This document shows, one piece after another, positions 19,323 through 28,324 of a stretch of 64,000 nt of DNA. This DNA comes from Escherichia coli. GTDB taxonomy: Bacteria; Pseudomonadota; Gammaproteobacteria; Enterobacterales; Enterobacteriaceae. Location: assembly GCF_003334305.1 (NCBI RefSeq), contig NZ_QOWS01000003.1; one strand, written 5' to 3'. Positions within the stretch are counted from its first letter, which is position 1. Each line of letters begins with the position of its first letter. The notes under the pieces are model-generated. The model did no database searches and was not told where the DNA came from. It saw only the letters and a program-made list of their open reading frames with translations. Made by a program: the position numbers and the translations under genes.

Positions 19323-20662
19323 CTCATGCCTCCACTATAGGATACTGAAGCAGCCATCCGATCCAGTTTGGGGCTCATTGTACAGGACACGTCATTCGGC
19401 CACATCATCCTCTCACCGCGTTTTGCCATTATCCGGTATGGCACAACCCATAATTTTAAAGTCTCCGAGAAAGCAAAATGCTGCGCTATAGGTTGGCTAA
19501 AGTCATCATGCGCAGGGTAAATCAGATACATTTCGCCATTCCCACCAAGATATTTTTGTCCGTAGGCAAACATTTGATAGAAGTCAGCTTGTGCCAGTCC
19601 ATAGAGTGATTTTGTCTGCTGGCTGCTATTCACCAGCTTCCATTTTGTATCCATCACCATTTCGGTTTGAACTGGTTTGTGTGATTGAATCAGCAAGTCG
19701 GGGCGAAGCTTAAAGCAATCTTTAAGTCCATGCTTTACCAAAGAATAAGTTGCTGCTTGAGGTAAAACTTTGAGGTGAGGTGGTAACTCGTCGGGTAGGG
19801 TCTGTGCCACAAAGGATTCAAATACCGCTTCCATAGGGAACAAAAGTGATATCGCTTTGGTGTTTCCCTGCAAAGCACTCGGGCTCATTCCCCTCAGGAT
19901 CAATTGCGCCCATGCCATTGGCTCGTTGTAATGAGCCATACCACGCTCGAGGCGTAAGTTGTTTATATCACGTTCAATATCCCGGCTAAGTGGAATACCG
20001 TCAAACGCAAAACGCAGTTCGTAAAGCCAGCGTTGATTATCTGATGACAGCTGCAGACTAAGAAGCTTATCTAGTGCGGAGTGTAAGAGCCGATTGGCTG
20101 CACAATCAGGCATGTAGTCATCATAATCGACACAAAACTTATGGCGATTCACCGCGTTATGTCGCAGCTGTGCAGAAAGCATCAGCTTGCCCTTCATAAA
20201 AGCCAGATTACCTTGCTTGCTCACATAGTCGGAGCGTAAACCCTGTTTAAGCAATTGGCTGACGCTATGCAAAAACTGGTTAATAAAAATCTCAAGCAAA
20301 GGCATACGCTGAGCCTGAAGAGTGGCTTGCTGGGTTTGAATATGTCGGAACCCAGGCAGATGGCTTAGCATCGTCAGCAATGTTTGACGTGCATTAGCCG
20401 CTGTGAGGTTTTTACCAACCTTGGGCAGTATCTCAAGCTGGAAACCGTGAGGTGTTGAAAGCATCCCTGCGTAGTTTTGAACCTGAAGCAATTTGAAGCC
20501 TGAGCGAGAGGTGAGTTTGAGGAACTGGCTCCCTTGATTACTTGCCAGGCTAAGCGCTTCTAAATAATTAAAGACCTGTGGAGGCACCGGTTTTGCGCCA
20601 ACTGAAGCCGCTTTTCCACTCCCCAAGAGGTCATATTCAAAAACGGAGATAACTTCACCCAT
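19319..20662 (-). CDS. McrC-like PD-(D/E)xK nuclease
   Basis: 447 aa; RPDLLI ... MDTKWK arrangement typical of the McrC catalytic core; overlaps the upstream McrB-like gene by 8 nt, as in mcrBC. Confidence 0.8.
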   Translation of the reverse strand: MGEVISVFEYDLLGSGKAASVGAKPVPPQVFNYLEALSLASNQGSQFLKLTSRSGFKLLQVQNYAGMLSTPHGFQLEILPKVGKNLTAANARQTLLTMLSHLPGFRHIQTQQATLQAQRMPLLEIFINQFLHSVSQLLKQGLRSDYVSKQGNLAFMKGKLMLSAQLRHNAVNRHKFCVDYDDYMPDCAANRLLHSALDKLLSLQLSSDNQRWLYELRFAFDGIPLSRDIERDINNLRLERGMAHYNEPMAWAQLILRGMSPSALQGNTKAISLLFPMEAVFESFVAQTLPDELPPHLKVLPQAATYSLVKHGLKDCFKLRPDLLIQSHKPVQTEMVMDTKWKLVNSSQQTKSLYGLAQADFYQMFAYGQKYLGGNGEMYLIYPAHDDFSQPIAQHFAFSETLKLWVVPYRIMAKRGERMMWPNDVSCTMSPKLDRMAASVSYSGGMR

Positions 20663-22730
20663 GATTTACTGCCTGCTCATCAAGGGGAGTCTGTTGGGGC
20701 TGATAAATTGAACGATAAGCCTGTGGAATATTCCAGATCTCTTGATCGAAATCTTTGAGCTCATAAGCTGTTGATTGCTGATCATGGCGTCGTAAACCAT
20801 GGTTGTTACCAAAAAGCGTATCGAGATCGTCGGTTTTCTCAATCACGAATTGCAGGTTGTCGTCTTGCTTTTGATTGTCTGCCAGCACCAACCGGATCTT
20901 GTTCCAGTCATCGAAAAAGTATTCCTGTAAAAGCGGAATGATCTTTTTCTGGAATGCGATCTTCAATTGTTTAAACGCAGCTTCTTCATCACCGGCATCG
21001 AGTGCATTTTTTACCGGCATAAAGAACGCATGCCCCAGCGTATGTTCACGATCGTAAAGAGCCTCGATGCGGCTATTGAGTTTCTCTAACAACGACTCGA
21101 GCTCTATGCCTTTCACCTTAGCTTCACTCAGTAAAGAGAGATCAGGCATCATTTCGACAAAGTCAAAGCGACGGCGCAAAGCCGTGTCCATCAGAGCTAA
21201 AGAACGGTCCGCTGTATTCATGGCTCCGATGATATCGACATTGCCGGGTACGCTGAAGTGATCACCGCTATAAGCCAGTTGCAGGCTCATCGCATTGGGC
21301 ATGCCTGCACGCTTGTCTACTTCAATGAGTGAGATTAGTTCACCAAAGATCTTGGATATGTTACCGCGATTGATCTCATCAATGAAAATGGCGTAGCGAT
21401 GTCCTGGATCGGCATTCGCACGTTGGCAAAGGCGCATAAAGATACCCGGCTCAATGGGATAAGAGATATTGCCACTCTCGTCAGAGCGAGCGCGTATACC
21501 TTCAATAAATTCTTCATAGCCGTAAGATTGGTGGAACGTAACCACCGCAAAACGCTGGATGGCTTCGGCAGATTTAGGGCCACGTTTAAGTTCGGCGTAG
21601 AGCTCTACCAAATCCTCCACTTGCTCGAGCTGTGAATCAACTAGAAACCATTCGCTGTTATCTGTTTTGTTAAATACGGCAGGCTCACGCCGATTCTTAT
21701 AATCAACGGTTAACGACTCGGGAACTGTATAGGATTGCAAAGCTGCCCAGGCAGTATTCGATAGATTGCCATTACGACCGTTTAATAATGCCTTACGTTG
21801 AAACCACATATGTTCAATAATTTGGCGAACTTTCGCTCGTTTCCCAAGATCGAGCAGCACCAGCGTTATAACCTGCATCCAGTTCAACGATTCAAGGCGA
21901 GAATCCAGCCAGGCATCACGATCAGCGGGAACAGCATGAGAAGTGTACTCTTTCATTTTTTGCTGCAACCTGAAGGTCTTGCCAGTGCCAGGGGGGCCAA
22001 AGAAGATCACGTTAGTTGGTGAATGTAGGATGATCTTGTTCTCGATGGGCTCACTGCGGGTTATGGATGTAGTGCTAGCTACTTTCTCCTGCTTTTGTTC
22101 ATTATCGCGTTCACGGAGCAATTCATAGAGATGCCAGATGGCCATATTCACATAATAAGGATCTGTATCAGGAGATTGGGCGTGTATGGCTTGTTTCAAT
22201 TCATAGTTTTTCTGTAACCAATTTCCGGTCAGTACCAAACCGAGATGGAAGTGCTGATTTAAGAATTCTGCTGCTTTATTAAAAGCATTCTCATCCACAG
22301 TACTGGTGTAGTTTTCTGGCGAGAACGCGGCAAAGACGCGATTTCTCAAACTCCAATACATACGCTTGAGAAGTCCGTTTTCTTTAGCTTGTTGAAGTGC
22401 ATTGCCAACATATTGGTAAGTTTCTTCATCCGGCTGTTGCCGAATTCGTTCAGTTAGTTCTCTAAGCAGTGGCAGGCTTTGCTGATATTCTGCTAAGGAT
22501 GGAACGCCCTGGCGAATACTTGCAATGCCGTTGTCACGCTCATACCAAAGCTGTTTGACCAGACCATCTGTTGCAGGCTCAGCAAAAGTTGAGGTTTGCT
22601 GTAGCAAAGTCGTAAATGCACGGTATCGCTGATACCATCTGGAAGCTGTGTAATTTTTATCTTTCGCCAGGGCATCAATCAATTCACTAATCGTTAGCCT
22701 ACCTGCTTCGACACTATCTACAAGAGTCAT
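20655..22730 (-). CDS. McrB-like AAA+ NTPase with a distinct N-terminal domain of about 230 aa
   Basis: 691 aa; Walker A GPPGTGKTF, Walker B FIDEINRGN and the McrB-type ALRRRFDF motif. First gene of the operon; GAGGAA ribosome-binding site 8 nt upstream of the ATG. Confidence 0.85.
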   Translation of the reverse strand: MTLVDSVEAGRLTISELIDALAKDKNYTASRWYQRYRAFTTLLQQTSTFAEPATDGLVKQLWYERDNGIASIRQGVPSLAEYQQSLPLLRELTERIRQQPDEETYQYVGNALQQAKENGLLKRMYWSLRNRVFAAFSPENYTSTVDENAFNKAAEFLNQHFHLGLVLTGNWLQKNYELKQAIHAQSPDTDPYYVNMAIWHLYELLRERDNEQKQEKVASTTSITRSEPIENKIILHSPTNVIFFGPPGTGKTFRLQQKMKEYTSHAVPADRDAWLDSRLESLNWMQVITLVLLDLGKRAKVRQIIEHMWFQRKALLNGRNGNLSNTAWAALQSYTVPESLTVDYKNRREPAVFNKTDNSEWFLVDSQLEQVEDLVELYAELKRGPKSAEAIQRFAVVTFHQSYGYEEFIEGIRARSDESGNISYPIEPGIFMRLCQRANADPGHRYAIFIDEINRGNISKIFGELISLIEVDKRAGMPNAMSLQLAYSGDHFSVPGNVDIIGAMNTADRSLALMDTALRRRFDFVEMMPDLSLLSEAKVKGIELESLLEKLNSRIEALYDREHTLGHAFFMPVKNALDAGDEEAAFKQLKIAFQKKIIPLLQEYFFDDWNKIRLVLADNQKQDDNLQFVIEKTDDLDTLFGNNHGLRRHDQQSTAYELKDFDQEIWNIPQAYRSIYQPQQTPLDEQAVNHG

Positions 22731-22899
22731 CGTGACTTTTCCTCTGTTGTGACATTACTTATTTTTTAATTAATATGAGGTATTCTAACTATATTGAGTT
22801 AATCGTTGTGACAAGTGCCTGTTATATATACAACTATCTGTTAACTCAGCTCTAATTTAAATACAATGTAAGGTTGTAGGGTGAATGCTGTTATCAACC
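22731..22899 (-). promoter_or_regulatory. AT-rich intergenic region, probable promoter of the 12-gene operon
   Basis: 169 bp between the HNH gene stop and the McrB-like start; candidate -35 TTGTCA (complement of 22809-22814) and -10 TATAGT (complement of 22788-22793) with a short 15-bp spacer, so the hexamer call is weak. Confidence 0.35.
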
Positions 22900-23772
22900 T
22901 CACCCCCTAAAAACCTCTTTCCGATGCCACTCTACAAACACCTCATAAGGGTAATTTTTACGCACCTGCGGCAACGCAATAGTTTTCCCGTCAAAATCCC
23001 AGAATAATCTCTCAACGATCCCTCCGCCGTTTACCGCATCTGATACCAGTACCCGCATATTTTCATCCAGGCCAATCGATCCTTTATCAAAGGCTTTATG
23101 GTGAATTGCGCAAAGCGCCAGGCCATTAGGAATTTCACAAGGACCTCCTTGCTGTTTCCATTTTATATGCGCCGCTTCCAACGCTACGGTGGTGTCGTCG
23201 TGGCGCATATTAAAGCCACATATCGCGCACTGGTAGTTATAAGCGCGTAATACATTTTTGCGAAATAAAGGGTCGCGCTGTTTACGGATTTGCTGGAGAT
23301 CAAAACCCAGCTCGTCAGCAATTTCTTCCTGAATACTCTCGGTGAAGTGCGCTTCGAGTATCTGTTGCGCCAGAGTATTGATGAGTTTTTTATTGCCGGT
23401 TACCAGGGCGTAGTGCTGTTCATCGAAACCGCCTGCAACGTGGTATTCGTTCAGTTCCTTCACTGGCGGTTGTCGGCTGCTCCCTGCTGTTGAGCAAAGC
23501 TCGGCATTGTGTAATTGCCAGAATCCGTCGCCTTGTAATCGCCAGAACGGCATATCAGGTCGGTAATGTGAACGCTGTGGCCCAAAACGTTCCAGTAAAC
23601 TGTGCAGAGGTTCGTAGATTTCCGATCCATAATCGAAAAGGCGTGGATGTCCATTCAGGTATCCCGCTAATACGTATAGCAATAACAATGGCTTATGCGG
23701 CGCGCGCTGTTCACCTTTGTGCCAGATTTTTATGTTGGCAATTGCCTGCTGTAGCGATTTACTGGAAGCCAT
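22900..23772 (-). CDS. HNH endonuclease with an uncharacterised N-terminal domain (candidate modification-dependent restriction enzyme)
   Basis: C-terminal HNH motif CAICGF ... AAHIKWKQQGGPCEIPNGLALCAIHHKAFDKG. Preferred start is the ATG at 23772 (MASSKSL), preceded by AGGGA; the ORF track extends to 23829 with a TTG start. Confidence 0.78.
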   Translation of the reverse strand: MASSKSLQQAIANIKIWHKGEQRAPHKPLLLLYVLAGYLNGHPRLFDYGSEIYEPLHSLLERFGPQRSHYRPDMPFWRLQGDGFWQLHNAELCSTAGSSRQPPVKELNEYHVAGGFDEQHYALVTGNKKLINTLAQQILEAHFTESIQEEIADELGFDLQQIRKQRDPLFRKNVLRAYNYQCAICGFNMRHDDTTVALEAAHIKWKQQGGPCEIPNGLALCAIHHKAFDKGSIGLDENMRVLVSDAVNGGGIVERLFWDFDGKTIALPQVRKNYPYEVFVEWHRKEVFRG

Positions 23773-23983
23773 TGATATCCCTGGCAGTGAAATAATTGCG
23801 ATCATGCTCGCAAATTTTCGGCTGTTCAAGCCTGCAAGTGAAGATATATTACTTTGATCTCATTTGTTTTTTTGCTGCCTGTGTACCCTAATTGCCATGC
23901 GATGTTGCACCGACGCAAACCACCTTTTACGCCGGAGGAGTTAAAAGCGTTGATGGATGCGAATAAATCAAATTAATGAACGC

Positions 23984-24964
23984 TCACTTTTCGCGCCAAA
24001 ACTGCAAAATTGCTTCTACAAACCTGTCAGAAATAACCCCCCGACGGGCTGCCGTGCTGAAATGACTGCTTCGCAGTGCCGTCGTCCAGTTCTCCGGTGA
24101 CCGGTACGCTGAACCGTAATATCCCGTGCTTAAATCGTCCGGGTCTTCATCAGGCGCGTTCGTCAGTCCTCTTTCACCTTGTTGCTGGAAGTCGACGAAA
24201 ATAATATTGGCTAAAACATTATTTTGATAATTGCCATAAATAGCTTCATACGAATGCGGGAAATTTTCTTTCCAGTACCAGGTGGTATCGCCGCAAAACC
24301 ACGGCGCGTCAGTAATATTATTAAGCTGAGAATGGTATTGTTTTAGATCCCTACGAAAGGCTTCAACCATATGATTAAAGTGTTGAGGGTGTGACGCGTA
24401 GTCACTGGTCATTAAGTCAAATTCGCCTTGCATCCAGCATACGCCGAGGAATTTGTTCTGCGGATTTTTTGCCAGTGCGGCTCGCGTTCTGCTGACTAAA
24501 TCCTGGTATAGCGGAGTATCCGATCCCCAACGACAAGCATCATGGCTGGCTCCGTGCCGTTCTGAATATGTCCCTTCGCTGCCCGCGATAAAAGCCGAGC
24601 CGCCACGACAACATGGAACGATGAGAACCCCTGCATTATCAGGAATAGAGGGCAGTAATTTCCGTGCAATATGCAGTGCCTGGCCAACGGTGCCGTACTG
24701 TGTTTGATGATTCGTTGCCAGAGGATGGTGATAACCCTGCATATCCTGAACATCGTGTGGGCAGTGAGTCAGTGGAATAATGTCGTTAAAGTGACATGAC
24801 GGGCCTCCGGGATGCGTATGCGCAAATCTCGCTAATTGTTTAATTCTGGGATGAGGCGCATCTTCCCTGTCCGGTAATGGCAGTCCTTCGCCATACGCCA
24901 TGGCATTAGACTGACCAGCAACGGTAAGAACATAGTAATAATCGGGCGATATTATTGCGTTCAT
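23984..24964 (-). CDS. nanS: 9-O-acetyl-N-acetylneuraminate esterase
   Basis: Product from MNAIISPDYYYVLTVAGQSNAMAYGEG... (about 326 aa) matches remembered NanS/YjhS. Confidence 0.9.
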   Translation of the reverse strand: MNAIISPDYYYVLTVAGQSNAMAYGEGLPLPDREDAPHPRIKQLARFAHTHPGGPSCHFNDIIPLTHCPHDVQDMQGYHHPLATNHQTQYGTVGQALHIARKLLPSIPDNAGVLIVPCCRGGSAFIAGSEGTYSERHGASHDACRWGSDTPLYQDLVSRTRAALAKNPQNKFLGVCWMQGEFDLMTSDYASHPQHFNHMVEAFRRDLKQYHSQLNNITDAPWFCGDTTWYWKENFPHSYEAIYGNYQNNVLANIIFVDFQQQGERGLTNAPDEDPDDLSTGYYGSAYRSPENWTTALRSSHFSTAARRGVISDRFVEAILQFWREK

Positions 24965-25028
24965 ATAAATTTCGCGTAATTGAAATGACAAATTGATAGC
25001 AGGGCCCCTTTACCGGGGCCCTGAAGCG

Positions 25029-26135
25029 TTAATTTTGTACTGTGACTTTATTATCCTTCACAGAGATCAAAACTGAATCCGTCACCGCTTTGCCGCCTGC
25101 AGTTTCACCGCCAATAATCAATAGACTATTATTCCAGGGCAATGATACTCCGTAGGCCCGACCTTGCGATAATTCACCCGATTTATCCCATTTCCCGTTA
25201 TGCCAAAGATGAATATCAGTGCTATATGATTTTTTTAGGCCTTCATGCGCATAGTTCTTACCGTTCTGGTAATTTTCTCGTGAACCTTTGAATCCGGCCC
25301 CTCCGGCAAATATAAGAGAATCATTGCTTATCCCCGCAAAACCGCCAGCGACGCCATCTGGTGATGAGACGGGAGCAAGCTTATTCCATTTTAAATTATT
25401 ACCGGTGAAATCAAGTTCAAATACGGCATCCGTTCGCAATCCTGGTTTGGCTTCGCCATTAATAAGCCAGGTTTTATCACCTTTATTCACAAGCGCCGCA
25501 CCAGCCGTTCCGTACCAGGGAGATTCGCCAGCGTAACTCCATTGCTGTGTTGAGGGATCAAAAGACAACAGAAACTTATTGAAGAAATAATCTTCTGCTT
25601 TTTTGTCAAAATAATGGGCATTGATCTTGTCTATAGTTGCTGAATCTTTTCCAGCCTCGTTGAGATCTTCAAAATAGCCATTGAAGATATTCTGGTTAAC
25701 ACCGCCAGTAACATAAGCCTTGCCGTTGTGTACAAAAGTCACATGACCCGCCATGCCCATCGGTGCATGCGACATCAATTTAACCCAACTATTGGTTTTG
25801 GGGTTGTATTTGTGTACGTCATTAAATACCTGAGTCAAGCCCTTGCTATTTTTGCCAATGCCGCCAAACACATACAGATTGCCATCAATAAATGCCGAGG
25901 TTGCTTGATCTCTTGGTCCACCAGGGAATGCAGCTAACGCTGTCCATTTTTTATCTTTGGCCTGTGTATCCAGCTTGTACCATGCCGTACCTGCGCTACC
26001 TAAACCAATGTAGACAGTGTCGTTATCAATTGCTCCGGTACCACTTTTAAATGGCACAGGAGTTTCAGGTAATACAGACGCGTTTGCGGCAAATGAAGCC
26101 ATCATGATAGCAAGCGCCGTTATTGTTTTATTCAT
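25029..26135 (-). CDS. nanM: N-acetylneuraminate mutarotase (Kelch-repeat beta-propeller)
   Basis: Product from MNKTITALAIMMASFAANA (signal peptide) onward; repeated GG/W Kelch-like blades; matches remembered NanM/YjhT. Confidence 0.9.
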   Translation of the reverse strand: MNKTITALAIMMASFAANASVLPETPVPFKSGTGAIDNDTVYIGLGSAGTAWYKLDTQAKDKKWTALAAFPGGPRDQATSAFIDGNLYVFGGIGKNSKGLTQVFNDVHKYNPKTNSWVKLMSHAPMGMAGHVTFVHNGKAYVTGGVNQNIFNGYFEDLNEAGKDSATIDKINAHYFDKKAEDYFFNKFLLSFDPSTQQWSYAGESPWYGTAGAALVNKGDKTWLINGEAKPGLRTDAVFELDFTGNNLKWNKLAPVSSPDGVAGGFAGISNDSLIFAGGAGFKGSRENYQNGKNYAHEGLKKSYSTDIHLWHNGKWDKSGELSQGRAYGVSLPWNNSLLIIGGETAGGKAVTDSVLISVKDNKVTVQN

Positions 26136-26154
26136 TGTGACTGTCTCCTGTCTA

Positions 26155-26871
26155 CTACAGTTTAAATGACACACCAATGCGATAACTGTTTTCCGATAAA
26201 TTATCTCTGCCGTTGTAAACACCCTGACGGTCCAGGTAGTCATATTCTATGTATGGCGTAATATCGGGCGTCATATGGTATTGTAGAACAAATGCATTTT
26301 CCGTCGCCCATTTCTTATGGTTTGCATAGCGATAATCGTTCTGTTTGCTGTATAGCGTCGTTTGCCATGCGAAGGTGAAATCACTATTAATATGGTAAGT
26401 GACATATCCATCCCAACGATGAACGTTATCACGAGACATATCACCGGATAAGTCTTGTTGTCGGTAAGCTTTCCAGTCGTAACGATAGCGAATGCCAAAA
26501 TTAAGATCTTTTGTCGCGTCCCAGGACAGTTTTACGTAGGGTCCGTAGCGTGTGCCGTTGCTGCTAAAATGCGTTAACATTCCCGGGCGCACCGTCCATT
26601 GATCATCAAGTTTAATCGCGTAATTAACTTCAACCTGAACATCATTGAGTGCGGCATTTTCCTTTTTATTATCATGAATGGTATTCCAGGTATTACTTTC
26701 CATGCTTGCCCACCATCCATTTTGCCATCCCTCACTGACTTTGAGTCGAGTCTCATAGGCGTGGCTTCCACTACGATATCCACCACGTACGTCCAGTGTT
26801 GCAGCCTGAGAAATTAATGGTGACGAAAAGCACAGTAATAATACGCCAGAAAGTATTTTAGCCTTTTTCAT
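26155..26871 (-). CDS. nanC: N-acetylneuraminic acid outer-membrane channel (KdgM family porin)
   Basis: Product MKKAKILSGVLLLCFSSPLISQA... with signal peptide, beta-barrel character and a terminal F; matches remembered NanC/YjhA. Confidence 0.9.
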   Translation of the reverse strand: MKKAKILSGVLLLCFSSPLISQAATLDVRGGYRSGSHAYETRLKVSEGWQNGWWASMESNTWNTIHDNKKENAALNDVQVEVNYAIKLDDQWTVRPGMLTHFSSNGTRYGPYVKLSWDATKDLNFGIRYRYDWKAYRQQDLSGDMSRDNVHRWDGYVTYHINSDFTFAWQTTLYSKQNDYRYANHKKWATENAFVLQYHMTPDITPYIEYDYLDRQGVYNGRDNLSENSYRIGVSFKL

Positions 26872-28324
26872 AAATTTCACTCATTTGTAGGATACAGAAA
26901 GCAATACAAAGCCCGCATAAACAATTAGCATTTATGTTGTGTAGTATTTTTTGCCAGGCTTATAGTGTCTTTGGCAACCGATAGCTGTATTTTATATTTT
27001 TTGTATAATGTCTCCTGTGAAAAATCTCTTTCCACATTATTTAAATAAACAGAGAGCCAGATTAAATACTTGAGTATAAAATCTCTGCTGATGTTTAATT
27101 GATTTGAATGTTCGTAAGCTATATCACTTACTCAATTCATTTTACCCAGAGTCATAAAATAGAGTGTCTGTTGATCTCATTTTCATATTCCTTTCAGACT
27201 GAAGTGCATTTTCATCACCCGATGAGAAAGAACTGAAGTGATGTTTGCCATAGATTACGAGATGCCCAGTCTCATTGCCTATCGTGGTGCACCTTTATAC
27301 CTGTTATACCAGATCAAAAATCACGCAATCCATACAACGAAACCAGATTTGCAATTCGTGTCACAAAATATGTCGATCTTTTTCTAAGAAGAAGATGCCA
27401 TGTGAAGCCAGACGAACACTTGCGGAGGCCTTCACAAACCAAAGATTGTTGTTTAATTGTATGTTTTATAAGTAATTTATTTAAAGTATAAACAAGGAAA
27501 GATTTGCAAGCTAACTCAGTGAGCGTGGTGAAAATCAGTGTTTACCCGCCATCAGGCTGAGCATAATTCTCATCATGAAATATGTTTCCTGGTTTGTGGC
27601 TTGTAACTGGTCACTTCTGAAGTCGATCTGGAGAGGCTTGTTGATGTTGGTGTTTTCAGGATGATGTTTCACTTAGTTTGTTTGCCGTATCGCCCGGCGA
27701 ATGGCTGTGATTGAGGAAGGTTTAAGTCGTAGTGACCAAAGCTATATTTACCAACGAATGTAGATGAAAAAATCATCTCCTGCGTTCCCCATATCTCCAG
27801 GATAAAAAGGAATGTAACAATCTCATGGCGTAAGCTGACGAATCAGCCAGGAATAATCGCTAGGGACCTAAGAATTAGCATGATAATAGCCACTAAGAAA
27901 TTACTGCGCTCCATGAAATAGCCATTTTGTGGCAAATGGAGTTGACTAATAATGTCATATGTGAGACGGCTAGTTGAACGAATATTAAATTTTGCTGAAT
28001 TTTTTATGTTGATTTTACTTGTTACAGAACATATCACATGATATATAGATAAGATTAGTTGCATTAATGATGAGGGTTATTATTAGATTCGTATCCGATT
28101 GATAAATATATAAAGGTACATAGCATGCAAGAGCATGGCGTTTGTATGGCAACGTTATTATAATTAACTGTTGCTACTCCATTTAAGTTCACTCAGAAGA
28201 ACTGGTCCACTTACGTTAGTTATTAAGCAAACGTTCGCTTTTATAAACATAATCAGGATAAAAATGTTGGATTATTGCTAACCCAGCACAGCTAGTGCGC
28301 GTCTGTAATTATAAGGGAAAAACG
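26872..28324. promoter_or_regulatory. Long AT-rich nanC-fimB intergenic regulatory region
   Basis: About 1.45 kb without a convincing ORF between the divergent nanC and fimB genes; by recollection this region carries the fimB and nanC promoters and NanR/NagC/IHF sites. Individual sites were not located. Confidence 0.6.

Noticed and set aside
23830-23983. attR direct repeat of the leuX 3' end marking the island boundary
   Set aside because: No copy of the tRNA 3' sequence (ttcgagtccggccttcggcacca) was found by eye here or at 22731-22899; the boundary is undefined, not disproven.
27275-28064. Short ORFs (27275-27475 plus strand, 27843-28064 minus strand) in the nanC-fimB intergenic region
   Set aside because: Low-complexity AT-rich frames without ribosome-binding sites or recognisable protein features; the region is better explained as regulatory DNA.
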